Shown piece by piece: positions 20,622 through 30,162 of a DNA stretch of 64,000 nucleotides. Location: positions 248,001 to 312,000 of the IMG/VR virus record IMGVR_UViG_3300025162_000016. One strand, written 5' to 3'. A program made the translations under genes and the position numbers. A model generated the notes under the pieces. That model did not search any database. It worked only from the letters and a program-made list of their open reading frames with translations, and was not told the DNA's origin. Each line of letters starts with the position of its first letter. Position 1 is the first letter of the stretch.

Positions 20622-21398
20622 ATGAAAAATACTCACCTATTTGTTATTGATCCTCAGAATGATTTCACTGAAGAGAACGGAGCATTATATGTTCCCGGTG
20701 CCAATCCGGATATGACTAGATTGTCTTCATTTATTAGGAAAAATTTAAATAGATTCGGAGAAATTCATTGTTCCCTTGACAGTCATCAAAGTGTTCATAT
20801 CGCTCATCCTATTTTTTGGTTGAATTTAAAAAATGAACATCCTGCACCATTTACAATCATTACACGAGAAGATGTTCAAAGTGGAACATGGAAGCCTTTT
20901 CATAGTGATTTACAAGAATATGTTCAACGATACATGGACGTTGTGCAAATCATAACAATTTGGCCTCCTCATTGTATAATTGGAAGTTGGGGACATATGA
21001 TTTCATCTCTCGTTTCAAACGCTTTTATCGAATGGGAAATCACTCAACTAAGTAAAGTTAATTATATAATGAAAGGGATGAATTATCTTACCGAACAATA
21101 TAGTGCGGTTAAAGCCGTCGTTGAAAATTCCGAAGATATATCTACTCATCTAAATACCCAATTAATTGAAATTCTCTCAACTGCTGATGAGATTTTAATT
21201 GCGGGAGAAGCATTAAGTCATTGTGTTAATTATACGGTTGTGGACATTGCTGATAATATCGGGGAAGAGAATATTAAAAAACTTGTATTATTAACCGATG
21301 TTTCGTCAAACGTGTTGGGATGTGAGAAAATGGGACAGGAGTTTGTTGAAAAGATGGTGACTCGTGGAATGCGTCTTTCAAATACAATTGAATGGTAG
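20622..21398 (+). CDS. pncA: Nicotinamidase / isochorismatase family
   Basis: IDPQNDF, D.H, WPPHC, KG..E.YS, GEALSHCV; lies upstream of pncB and nadE. Confidence 0.85.
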   Translation: MKNTHLFVIDPQNDFTEENGALYVPGANPDMTRLSSFIRKNLNRFGEIHCSLDSHQSVHIAHPIFWLNLKNEHPAPFTIITREDVQSGTWKPFHSDLQEYVQRYMDVVQIITIWPPHCIIGSWGHMISSLVSNAFIEWEITQLSKVNYIMKGMNYLTEQYSAVKAVVENSEDISTHLNTQLIEILSTADEILIAGEALSHCVNYTVVDIADNIGEENIKKLVLLTDVSSNVLGCEKMGQEFVEKMVTRGMRLSNTIEW

Positions 21399-21611
21399 AT
21401 AATATGCGTTTCTAAAAATGAAATTATGTCCGATAAAATTGCGGGGATTACATGTTTCCAAATCTTTAGTAGAAAAAAAAGCAATTCCTTTAAATATAAG
21501 TTTTTTACAGTGGATGTTGTACCGAGAGCCATCTAAAGAAGCCGCAGTGTGGCGATTCCCTCAAACGAGATTAAAAACTCTAGATATACAAACGATGCCT
21601 TGTTTGATTAA

Positions 21612-21866
21612 TTGGAAATTGCCACGAAAGTCATTAATGATGAGATTGTCAAGAAGTGTACTATGAAAGTTATAAAAAAGGGAAAAATTTCTAAGCCAAA
21701 ATATGAATATATTGCGGAATGTTCAAATTGTGGATATACCGCATTGTGTTCGGGAGCAGAAGTAACTTTTGTTGAAGATAGAGGACAAGATTATCCAACC
21801 GTCATGTGTCCTACATTGGGATGTCAACACGTTATATGGTGTCATGCACATCCAAGAACAAAGTGA
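21612..21866 (+). CDS. Zn-ribbon hypothetical protein
   Basis: CSNC...CPTLGC. Confidence 0.5.
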   Translation: MEIATKVINDEIVKKCTMKVIKKGKISKPKYEYIAECSNCGYTALCSGAEVTFVEDRGQDYPTVMCPTLGCQHVIWCHAHPRTK

Positions 21867-22138
21867 GAAGTCTGTGTTGTTTTGATTGTGGAGGTGAACC
21901 GTGGGGACACGGCGAAGATTTCTATGTTAGAAATTCATTGTGGTTGTTAGTGATTCCTAGTAGAAAACGTACGGGAATAATTTGTTTAGATTGTTTTGAA
22001 AAACGATTAGGAAGACGGCTTATCAGAAAAGATTTTCAAATATGGTTTAGGGAGAATCGCTGGTTTGGCGACAACCGGCGTAAAATAAACCATCCTATTT
22101 CATTGAAATTGTCTCAGAGAATCAAAAAACGGGCTTGA
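21806..22138 (+). CDS. Hypothetical protein (CxxC pairs)
   Basis: CFDC...ICLDCFEKRLGRRL. Confidence 0.5.
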   Translation: MSYIGMSTRYMVSCTSKNKVRSLCCFDCGGEPWGHGEDFYVRNSLWLLVIPSRKRTGIICLDCFEKRLGRRLIRKDFQIWFRENRWFGDNRRKINHPISLKLSQRIKKRA

Positions 22139-22160
22139 CTTTTCGCCCAAAATCATTATC

Positions 22161-23339
22161 ATGCCAATAATGAAATTTGATGAACCAATTATAACCTCAA
22201 TACTGGATACCGATTGTTATAAGTTTTTTATGGGACAACTAGTGTTCCATGATTTACCAGTAGCGATGGTTGAGTATTCATTCATAAATCGTGGCGATAC
22301 TTCATTTCCCAAAGAGTTTGACAAAGTATTGAATTGGCAGATAGAGCAGATGGCAACGTTGAAATTAACGGATGATGAAGCTAATTTTCTTAATACTATT
22401 CCCGGCATTCGTCCTACCTATGTGGAATGGTTTAAAAATTACCGATATGATCCCGGCGAGGTTGTTGTTCAACAAAATGAAGGTAAACTTTCTATTTCTA
22501 TAAAGGGATCGTGGTATCGAACCATTTTTTGGGAAATTCCATTGATGGCATTAGTTTCGGAACTCTTCTTCAAAATGACCGGTCAGACGCCGGATATTGA
22601 AACTGATTCACGTCTTACTAAAAAAACTGAAAATCTTTCAAACGCTAGATGTCAATGGTCTGATTTTGGAACCCGGCGACGGTTTTCGTATGACACCCAA
22701 GATTGTGTAGTAAACCACATGAAATTTTTCAAGGGTTTCATTGGCACCAGCAATGTTCATTTAGCTATGAAACATGAAATCCGACCGATTGGTACGTCTG
22801 CTCATGAAATGGTAATGGGATTATCGGCTCTCTATGGTTCTAAAATGGCAAATAAAATGTGGATGAAACATTGGAGTGATCATTTCGGTGGACTTAATGG
22901 TATTGCCCTCACAGATACTTTCACTACCGAAGTGTTCCTTCGGGATTGGGATAATTATTTCGCTCGCTTATTTGATGGGGTCCGGCAGGATAGTGGCGAT
23001 CCATTTGCGTGGGGTAAAAAAATGTTGACTCATTATACCAAACTCGGGATAGATGCGACGTCGAAAAAATTCGTGTTCAGTGATGGATTGAACGATGAAG
23101 TGTTTATTCGATTAACAAAACATTTCAGAGGATGGGCTCAGGTTATCGGAGGCATAGGAACTTTTCTCACGAATGACTGTGGAAAACATATAACTCCACT
23201 GAATATGGTAATTAAAATGACCACTGCTGATTTCGGATATGGTCCGGTGGATGTGGTTAAACTTTCAGATGTTATGAATAAACATACGGGTAAGTTAGAC
23301 GCCATAGAATTAACAAAGAAAGAATTGAAAGCACTGTAA
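22161..23339 (+). CDS. pncB: Nicotinate phosphoribosyltransferase
   Basis: LDTDCYKFFM, DFGTRRR, GTSNV, GTSAHE, LTDTF, RQDSGDP, FSDGL, VKLSD. Confidence 0.95.
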   Translation: MPIMKFDEPIITSILDTDCYKFFMGQLVFHDLPVAMVEYSFINRGDTSFPKEFDKVLNWQIEQMATLKLTDDEANFLNTIPGIRPTYVEWFKNYRYDPGEVVVQQNEGKLSISIKGSWYRTIFWEIPLMALVSELFFKMTGQTPDIETDSRLTKKTENLSNARCQWSDFGTRRRFSYDTQDCVVNHMKFFKGFIGTSNVHLAMKHEIRPIGTSAHEMVMGLSALYGSKMANKMWMKHWSDHFGGLNGIALTDTFTTEVFLRDWDNYFARLFDGVRQDSGDPFAWGKKMLTHYTKLGIDATSKKFVFSDGLNDEVFIRLTKHFRGWAQVIGGIGTFLTNDCGKHITPLNMVIKMTTADFGYGPVDVVKLSDVMNKHTGKLDAIELTKKELKAL

Positions 23340-23345
23340 AAAAAT

Positions 23346-24134
23346 ATGAAAAATTTAGCAGTTGAGATATCTATTTGGTTAGAAAAATACGCAATTAAAA
23401 ATAATCGTGCGGCATGGGTAGTTGGGGTATCTGGGGGAGTAGATAGTGCTCTTGTATCTACCTTATGTGCGTTAACGGGAATGCCGACGCATTGTGTAAT
23501 AATGCCTTGTCAATCTAGACCCGATAGTATGGAGCTTGCAAGAAGCCATGTAGATTGGCTTACAAAAAAATATGGTGAAGAGGTTGTTACATATCATAAG
23601 TTTGATTTAACCAATACCTTTGAACAATTTGCAACTGCATGTGCTGGTAAGTATGATAATGATTTAGCATACGCTAACACTAAAAGCCGTCTTCGTATGA
23701 TTGTTCTTTATCAGATTGCTACCTGTTGTGATGGATTAGTAGTTGGAACCGGCAATAAAGTAGAAGATTTTGGGATCGGATTCTTTACAAAATATGGAGA
23801 TGGGGGGGTTGACATTAGTCCAATTGCTGATATAATGAAAAGTGAAGTTCGTCAAATGTGTCGTGCATTAAAAGTTCTACCTGAACTATGCGAAGCAATT
23901 CCTACCGATGGATTGTGGGCAGATAATAGAACAGACGAAATTGCAATTGGCGCAAGTTATGATGAATTAGAATGGGCGATGACATTTTCGGAGAGAGGGG
24001 GCGGTTCGGATATTGTGAGAGAACGGTTAACAGAGCGACAAAAAGAAGTTTTAAAAATTTATGATAAGTGGCATAATGCGGGAGCCCACAAAATGGTTCC
24101 TATTCCCACTTTTAAACGGATACTGAAATATTAA
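23346..24134 (+). CDS. nadE: NH3-dependent NAD+ synthetase
   Basis: GVSGGVDS, N.KSRLRM, GTGNKVE, GFFTKYGDG, PIAD..KSEV. Confidence 0.95.
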   Translation: MKNLAVEISIWLEKYAIKNNRAAWVVGVSGGVDSALVSTLCALTGMPTHCVIMPCQSRPDSMELARSHVDWLTKKYGEEVVTYHKFDLTNTFEQFATACAGKYDNDLAYANTKSRLRMIVLYQIATCCDGLVVGTGNKVEDFGIGFFTKYGDGGVDISPIADIMKSEVRQMCRALKVLPELCEAIPTDGLWADNRTDEIAIGASYDELEWAMTFSERGGGSDIVRERLTERQKEVLKIYDKWHNAGAHKMVPIPTFKRILKY

Positions 24135-24300
24135 AAAAAAATAACATGAAATATACTAGAGTAATAACATTTGAATTCGATGATATCGAAGATGCGGAAG
24201 CTTTTACCGATTTTTTACGAGATGCTAGCGACGAGAATAATATGCAAATTGTGAAAATTGAAAACCCAAGTGAGAAACTTGTTGACAAAAAGAAATAAAT

Positions 24301-24585
24301 ATGCTATTTTCAGGTGAAATAATTGGCGCAGATTCTTCTAATAAAGAACTCACCGTTCGCTGTGATGATGATATTAATGGAATCATTATTGGGGAACGAG
24401 TGATTATTGAAGAGCTACTTGACCGCCGTGTAATAAACCGAAAACGATTATATGAATTATACATGTATCAAATAAACGAAATATCTGAAAAGTGCGATTG
24501 GAAGAGCGTTTTCAGTCCCAAAGAAATTGTAGATATAATTTGTAATATCGTAGAAAATCATCCGGAATTATTTGATCGTGCATAA
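24301..24585 (+). CDS. Hypothetical protein
   Basis: Operonic ORF. Confidence 0.5.
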   Translation: MLFSGEIIGADSSNKELTVRCDDDINGIIIGERVIIEELLDRRVINRKRLYELYMYQINEISEKCDWKSVFSPKEIVDIICNIVENHPELFDRA

Positions 24586-25234
24586 TGAGGTAATTTTCGG
24601 AATTTGTGGTACCGCTGGAAGGAAACAAGATGCAGAACGTCTTTCTCGCAATCACTTTGATGCTATGTGTGAATGCGTTCGAGTATTACTTAAACAATTC
24701 AACGAGGGTGGATATGATGTGACAACACTTGCGGCGGGGGGTGCGGCGTTTGCTGACCACTCCGCCGTTACTTTATATTTAAATAAAGAAGTTCCGAAAC
24801 TTAAACTTTTTTTCCCCTGTCAATTTCTTGGGGTTGATGAGGGATTTGATACTACTCCTTCAAGTGATAATGAGCGAGCCAAAGGATATTCCACCGGAGA
24901 TATCGCTAATAGACTTCATGCTCGTTTCTCACGTAAGTTGGGAGTTAATTCTTTGAGTGAACTATCCATCGCAATTCAACAAGGGGCAGAGGTTCACGTT
25001 GCTAAAGGATTTTGGGCAAGAAATGCTTTAGTAGCTCAATCGGATATACTTCTAGCAATGACGTTTGGGGATCGTGAATGGGTTAAGCCCGGCAGTGGAA
25101 CTGCTCACTGTGTAATGACTTATTTAAACAGAGTAAAGAAACATGGTTTCTTTGATAAAAGCTTCCACTATAATTTACAAGACGGGGAAATTTACATGGG
25201 GTGTAAAGCAAAAACTGATCCGAGTAGCCCATAG
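24572..25234 (+). CDS. SLOG (Smf/DprA-LOG) superfamily protein
   Basis: GGAAFAD, RNALVAQSD..LA, GTAH motifs. Confidence 0.6.
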   Translation: MIVHNEVIFGICGTAGRKQDAERLSRNHFDAMCECVRVLLKQFNEGGYDVTTLAAGGAAFADHSAVTLYLNKEVPKLKLFFPCQFLGVDEGFDTTPSSDNERAKGYSTGDIANRLHARFSRKLGVNSLSELSIAIQQGAEVHVAKGFWARNALVAQSDILLAMTFGDREWVKPGSGTAHCVMTYLNRVKKHGFFDKSFHYNLQDGEIYMGCKAKTDPSSP

Positions 25235-25342
25235 AAAGTTACTCGTATCGACTCAATATTAATGCGAATATAACGGAAATGGGAAGAATAATAAATAAAA
25301 CAAATATTTGTTCTATCGCCCATAATAATTTTGCTATTGATT

Positions 25343-25540
25343 TCATTGGTTTTTTCTTTTTTCAACAAAGTATTTAATTGTACCCGCCGTGAATCCTACT
25401 GCCATGATAATAGTTACAATTTGGTTCGATGGCGGATCATGATAAATCGCATGACAACCTTTCACCAAACAATAAATAGAAAACACAAACAAAACTGTTG
25501 ATAGTATTTGTTCGCCGGTGTCCTGTAAAAATTTGCCCAT
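25343..25540 (-). CDS. Small membrane protein
   Basis: Two hydrophobic helices. Confidence 0.45.
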   Translation of the reverse strand: MGKFLQDTGEQILSTVLFVFSIYCLVKGCHAIYHDPPSNQIVTIIMAVGFTAGTIKYFVEKRKNQ

Positions 25541-25545
25541 GTTGA

Positions 25546-25878
25546 TTGTATTATATCGGTTATCATGAAAATGTCAACACAAAAAAAAAGGTTGACTTTT
25601 TTGAAAAAAACGATAAGATGCTAACGATGAACAATGTAGTTTGCATTTTTAATAATGATTATATTAGCATCTTGCTTGGTAATCGACAAATTGGAACGGT
25701 TCAAGAAGTCAATGGAGAGCCCACCATGTTTCTTGGAACCAATTGGAAAGATTCGGTAATGATGTTAACATTTACCGATGTTGAAATCATTCAGGATAAT
25801 TGGGCAGCATTTAAAGAATGTGAAAATAATATTCTTGAAAAAATTAAACAAACCGAATTGGATTTTGTAAATAAATGA
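25546..25878 (+). CDS. Hypothetical protein
   Basis: TTGACT promoter near 25592 suggests a later start. Confidence 0.5.
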   Translation: MYYIGYHENVNTKKKVDFFEKNDKMLTMNNVVCIFNNDYISILLGNRQIGTVQEVNGEPTMFLGTNWKDSVMMLTFTDVEIIQDNWAAFKECENNILEKIKQTELDFVNK

Positions 25879-26054
25879 CCGCAAAATGGAAAGTTAAGTG
25901 TTTGTGTTGCAACAAAATAGATACGTTTGAAGATGCCAAAAGTATTACTTACGCCAGATGGCGTATCATAGGATGGGATGTTGGAACTGCCGAGCCCAAA
26001 GTATCGTGCCCCGCTTGTGACTATTTTCCGGTGGAACAAAAAAAGAAGAAATAA
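25875..26054 (+). CDS. 59-aa Cys-rich protein (below the ORF-track cutoff)
   Basis: ATGA overlap with the previous stop; CLCC...CPAC. Confidence 0.5.
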   Translation: MTAKWKVKCLCCNKIDTFEDAKSITYARWRIIGWDVGTAEPKVSCPACDYFPVEQKKKK

Positions 26055-26282
26055 TCCATATATATAGCGGTTGTTGAGAATCGGATTGGATGTCAGAAAG
26101 TTCGAGATAAATATCCGGGAAAGAAAATCCTTTTTGGAACTATAGGACGTGTAGGAGAATACGGTAGAACACCACAAATGATACGTGAATCATTAACATA
26201 ATTTGACAACAGAACACAACATAATCAACGGCGACTGTGTAAGTGAACTTAAAAAAATTCTTACTAACACCCAATATAACAT

Positions 26283-26645
26283 ATGACATTAAACGAAGCA
26301 CATGAACGGTTAGAGGCGCAGGATGTATCAATTGATACTGTCGCCATCTCAATTGAATGGCTATTAAAGGAATGTAAAACTAAAGACATTAAGCCGTTTA
26401 CTAAATTGGGGAATGAAATGATACAACGATTTTTTTCAATTTATCGAGATTGGCAAAAAATCCGAAAAGAGACAATTAAATTGGCAGAAAAGATTCATGC
26501 TGCTGACTTTAAAGATTATTCGGAAGGATTAGTTTATGCCGCTGCGGCTGATTTGTTGGTGCAAAAATGCCAAGTAGGACTGTTTGAGCAAATTGTATGT
26601 GTCGCTGAAACCGGAGAATTGCCGGAAAACGATGTTCCCTTTTAA
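26283..26645 (+). CDS. Hypothetical protein
   Basis: 120-aa ORF ending DVPF. Confidence 0.55.
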   Translation: MTLNEAHERLEAQDVSIDTVAISIEWLLKECKTKDIKPFTKLGNEMIQRFFSIYRDWQKIRKETIKLAEKIHAADFKDYSEGLVYAAAADLLVQKCQVGLFEQIVCVAETGELPENDVPF

Positions 26646-26651
26646 TTTTAT

Positions 26652-27056
26652 ATGAAATATAAAGAGTTATCTTCCCGACATAAAACTGCTATTATCAATC
26701 AAATTAAATTGATGCTGGCGGCTCACCGGAACTATGTATGGAACCGCTGGAGTAATTATGATGATGCCAATCCAATTGATCCCGTAATACATTCGGTGAT
26801 TTGTAATGAAGGATATTATGGAGAGGCATTTGGGATTATGCGAGGATTGCGGGAAGTTGGATATGGTTATTTTGGAACGACCGACAAAAGTGCGGTAGAA
26901 GAAGATAAAAGTTATACTCCAGAACATAACTTGAGATGGTGGTTTCATACATTACAACGGGAATATTTGGTTGAAGAAGGATTTTTTAACTATACCTGTT
27001 CTGCCAAAAAATGTTCCGAATTGCTTGATAAATACCGTTCACTCGTTTCGGACTAA
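26652..27056 (+). CDS. Hypothetical protein
   Basis: Operonic ORF. Confidence 0.55.
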   Translation: MKYKELSSRHKTAIINQIKLMLAAHRNYVWNRWSNYDDANPIDPVIHSVICNEGYYGEAFGIMRGLREVGYGYFGTTDKSAVEEDKSYTPEHNLRWWFHTLQREYLVEEGFFNYTCSAKKCSELLDKYRSLVSD

Positions 27057-27285
27057 CATGTCAAATAAAACCATTAAAATTATTACAAATATTCTGAAAT
27101 CTCTGAAAGCAATGCGAGAAGAAGATGTGCCTGTTTATTGGTGTCTGTTGGTGTTCGGAGGAATTTCGTTTGGAGTTATTATTACGGTTCTACTAAAAGA
27201 AATAGGCGTTTATTCATTAATGGTGGTGTTATTCATATTATGGGTAAATTTGTTTATTGATCGATGGTTAGATAAAAATAATTAA
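26971..27285 (+). CDS. Membrane protein (likely start ~27058)
   Basis: Two TM segments. Confidence 0.45.
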   Translation: MKKDFLTIPVLPKNVPNCLINTVHSFRTNMSNKTIKIITNILKSLKAMREEDVPVYWCLLVFGGISFGVIITVLLKEIGVYSLMVVLFILWVNLFIDRWLDKNN

Positions 27286-27290
27286 AATAT

Positions 27291-27647
27291 ATGCAATCTG
27301 AAAAAGGTGATAGCTATTGGACTCTTAAAAGTGAAATACTTACTCTAGAAGATTTTGAACTTCCGGATGGCAGATATATTGGTGCTACTATTGAGTTTAG
27401 TGGCATTTGGGAAGATGACGCATTTGATTATGAATATGGTAGTATCTGTGGCACTCATCGTGAAGATCCCTATTTTACCATAGAGAAGTGGTGGGTGACA
27501 GGTGTTTGGGATATGGCAACAAAAACCGCTATTCCAATGGATGATGTCATTCAAATCGCAATAGATAAAGAAATGGATATTATTGCCAATTCAGTTGCGA
27601 CTGAAGTCGAATTTCCCGAGCCGGATTGTCAACAACCCCTACCCTAA
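27291..27647 (+). CDS. Hypothetical acidic protein; 3' end interrupted by an IS right end
   Basis: Last codons run into the TnpB1 right-end hairpin. Confidence 0.55.
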   Translation: MQSEKGDSYWTLKSEILTLEDFELPDGRYIGATIEFSGIWEDDAFDYEYGSICGTHREDPYFTIEKWWVTGVWDMATKTAIPMDDVIQIAIDKEMDIIANSVATEVEFPEPDCQQPLP

Positions 27648-28932
27648 AGGGATAGGGGCTTGCCAGAGTTATGTCCGACAATTGGTGAGTTGACGTTCAC
27701 CTGTCCATCAAGTGCTTCACAGCACGAGTTGGAGTGTTTGCTTCCTCTTAATTTAATATTATTTGCAGCATTCAAGTCCGCATCTAATATAATTCCATCC
27801 GAAGCATAATACCTACAGCCCTTCCTCTTACCACTCTCAATTCCTCTATGGTCATTTTGACTGGTGAAGTAAGGCTTAACCATTTCCACTCTCTTCCCGA
27901 GAGATTGTGCTTTGTAGGTCAGTATGGTTTTTAACAAATAATAAGGTACTTGAGATTGTCTATTATTAAATTTCTTTCCCCTATTCTTTGATTTGATTTT
28001 CGATAAATCCTCAATAACAATCGTATTAGCATCATTTTTTAATAATGTATTAACGATATGATGTATGTAATTTTTACTAAAATTATGTTCTTTTCGTTTA
28101 AGTGTGTTTAATTTTTTCCTTGCCGAGTGAGAATGATTTTGTTTAGATTGAAGTTTTCGCTTGCTCCATCTTATTTTTCGCTTGTAAGTATTAAACTCAT
28201 TCCCCTTTATAATATCTCCTTCACTGGTTGCTACTAATCGTTTGATTCCCAAATCAAAACCAATAGATTTTTGATTATCAATAAACGAAGTTTCATCATT
28301 GAATACGACCGATAAATAGATATCATTGTTTTTAACAAAGAGAGATGGGTCTTGGAGTTTGTATTTAGCATACATTTCATTCAATTTATCATATGGAATA
28401 AAACTACAAACAATTCTTTTTGTATGAGTAGTGAGCTTGATTTTATCGTTACCAACCCATTTATATATTCTTTTATCTAAATTGATGGATAATTTATCGG
28501 TTTGTGGGGCTTCTTCTAACTGATGTTTATTTTTTCGGATAGCTTGATATTTTGATACAACATCTTGTTCTGCTTTGATAATAAATTGAGAAGGAATGGT
28601 TGGAATTGCTTCTTTAATTTTATAATAGCATCTATCATGGAGACCTTTAAGACCTTGGCATACATCCATTTCAAATCTAATTTTGGAGATTAGATTAAAT
28701 GCCTGTTTCTTCAGTTCTAAAGAATCAAGAAGAAGTTGTTTATCTTCTTTACTTTCAAATTGAAGTTTAATATTATAGGTCTTCACAATAAATAAATAGT
28801 GTTGTGAAACCGAAAACATCGAAAAATTAAAATATTTTTGTGGTTGACAAATTGAGGTGGTTGGTGTAGGATATTAAGAATGGTCGGAATTCCTCCCCGA
28901 GGCTAAAGCCGTCGGGGTTTCCTTCCTCCAAA
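27628..28932 (-). mobile_element. IS200/IS605-family tnpB-only element (TnpB1)
   Basis: Right-end hairpin CCCCTACCCTAAAGGGATAGGGG ending TTGAC; left-end GGCTAAAGCC hairpin; no tnpA. Confidence 0.8.
27644..28819 (-). CDS. tnpB: RNA-guided endonuclease TnpB
   Basis: GFDLG, IVIEDL, DADLNAA; lacks the CxxC Zn finger. Confidence 0.92.
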   Translation of the reverse strand: MFSVSQHYLFIVKTYNIKLQFESKEDKQLLLDSLELKKQAFNLISKIRFEMDVCQGLKGLHDRCYYKIKEAIPTIPSQFIIKAEQDVVSKYQAIRKNKHQLEEAPQTDKLSINLDKRIYKWVGNDKIKLTTHTKRIVCSFIPYDKLNEMYAKYKLQDPSLFVKNNDIYLSVVFNDETSFIDNQKSIGFDLGIKRLVATSEGDIIKGNEFNTYKRKIRWSKRKLQSKQNHSHSARKKLNTLKRKEHNFSKNYIHHIVNTLLKNDANTIVIEDLSKIKSKNRGKKFNNRQSQVPYYLLKTILTYKAQSLGKRVEMVKPYFTSQNDHRGIESGKRKGCRYYASDGIILDADLNAANNIKLRGSKHSNSCCEALDGQVNVNSPIVGHNSGKPLSL

Positions 28933-28937
28933 AAAAT

Positions 28938-29309
28938 ATGAAATCTCCCGATTTTGGTTGGTCGTTGATATTTATACGACGGAGGAATCCGGCGATGACT
29001 ACAATAATAAATATTAATAATGGACATATATATGATGTTTATATCGGACGTGCGGGGTTTGGAAAAGATGGATATTTTTGCAATCCATTTACGCACGACA
29101 AAAGCGCAGTCAAAGCAATGTTTTTATTACCAACCCGAGAAGAATCAATTAAAGAATATACGAATTATTTTTTAGATCGAATTCAACATGATGCGGAATT
29201 TAAACGTCGAGTAATGGAATTAAAAGACAAAACGCTGGGATGTTTTTGCAAACCATTTGCATGTCACGGAGATATTATAGCAAAATGGCTTAATAGTTTA
29301 CCGAATTAG
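28938..29309 (+). CDS. DUF4326-like protein
   Basis: DVYIGR, NPF, LGCFCKP..CHGD. Confidence 0.75.
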   Translation: MKSPDFGWSLIFIRRRNPAMTTIININNGHIYDVYIGRAGFGKDGYFCNPFTHDKSAVKAMFLLPTREESIKEYTNYFLDRIQHDAEFKRRVMELKDKTLGCFCKPFACHGDIIAKWLNSLPN

Positions 29310-29442
29310 ACGTTAGTTTGTGATTAATGTTATAGCCTCTCACCGATATAGTGAGAGGCTTTTTTATGCGGGATATGGGGGTTTTTCCTACCGTATAACT
29401 ACTGACGCTTTATTAGATAAGGTTGATATATGTATTATCACA

Positions 29443-29928
29443 ATGAAAACTTTCACTTACATTTTATTTTTGTGTATGGCATTGTCTTGTTTCGGACAAT
29501 CCAATACATTCCTTTATAATATCGATCAGATAGTGCCCGATAAAGGACAATCGGTATCTGTGACATTTTCTCCCGGTGCTCAATTTAATACCAATCCATT
29601 TCAAGCTACTTTATCGTATTCATTATCAAAAGGGCCTATTAGTTCTATTGCGGCGGTATTGCAACATGGACCGGTTCATTATGATTTGATTTCAGTCGGA
29701 GATGTTGTAACGGGAACAACTTTTACATCTGAGCCTATTGTTGATTTTCTAGGTAGTAAATATAATAATTGGACCCTTATTGTAACGGATGGTAGTCATG
29801 ACAATGCTACAATGTTTCTTAATTCAATTAGATTAACGATACCAGAAGCTCCAAGTGGGGCATTATTGTTGCTGGGAATATTCTTTTTATTTGTTCTTAT
29901 GATGTATCAAAGAACGAAATATGAATGA
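29443..29928 (+). CDS. Secreted protein with PEP-CTERM-like sorting signal
   Basis: Signal peptide; C-terminal IPEAPS + hydrophobic helix + basic tail. Confidence 0.6.
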   Translation: MKTFTYILFLCMALSCFGQSNTFLYNIDQIVPDKGQSVSVTFSPGAQFNTNPFQATLSYSLSKGPISSIAAVLQHGPVHYDLISVGDVVTGTTFTSEPIVDFLGSKYNNWTLIVTDGSHDNATMFLNSIRLTIPEAPSGALLLLGIFFLFVLMMYQRTKYE

Positions 29929-30128
29929 GAACCAAATATTCATTCAGTAGAAGTGGTATTTTTTTAGGAGCCCACCATGTTAAATCATCTTATACTACTA
30001 TTAAGATGATGGTTATTTATTTTTTCGTAATATTATTTATAATTCTCATTGGAGTTAGTGTGGGTAGTATTAATAGTTCAAAGACTCCTCGTATGAAAAA
30101 TATATTCAAATCGATTGTTGAGAATTGA
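29925..30128 (+). CDS. Small membrane protein
   Basis: Single TM helix; ATGA overlap. Confidence 0.45.
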   Translation: MRTKYSFSRSGIFLGAHHVKSSYTTIKMMVIYFFVILFIILIGVSVGSINSSKTPRMKNIFKSIVEN

Positions 30129-30162
30129 CATTTTTCAAAAAATCGGTAGCTTCCCGCCTACA

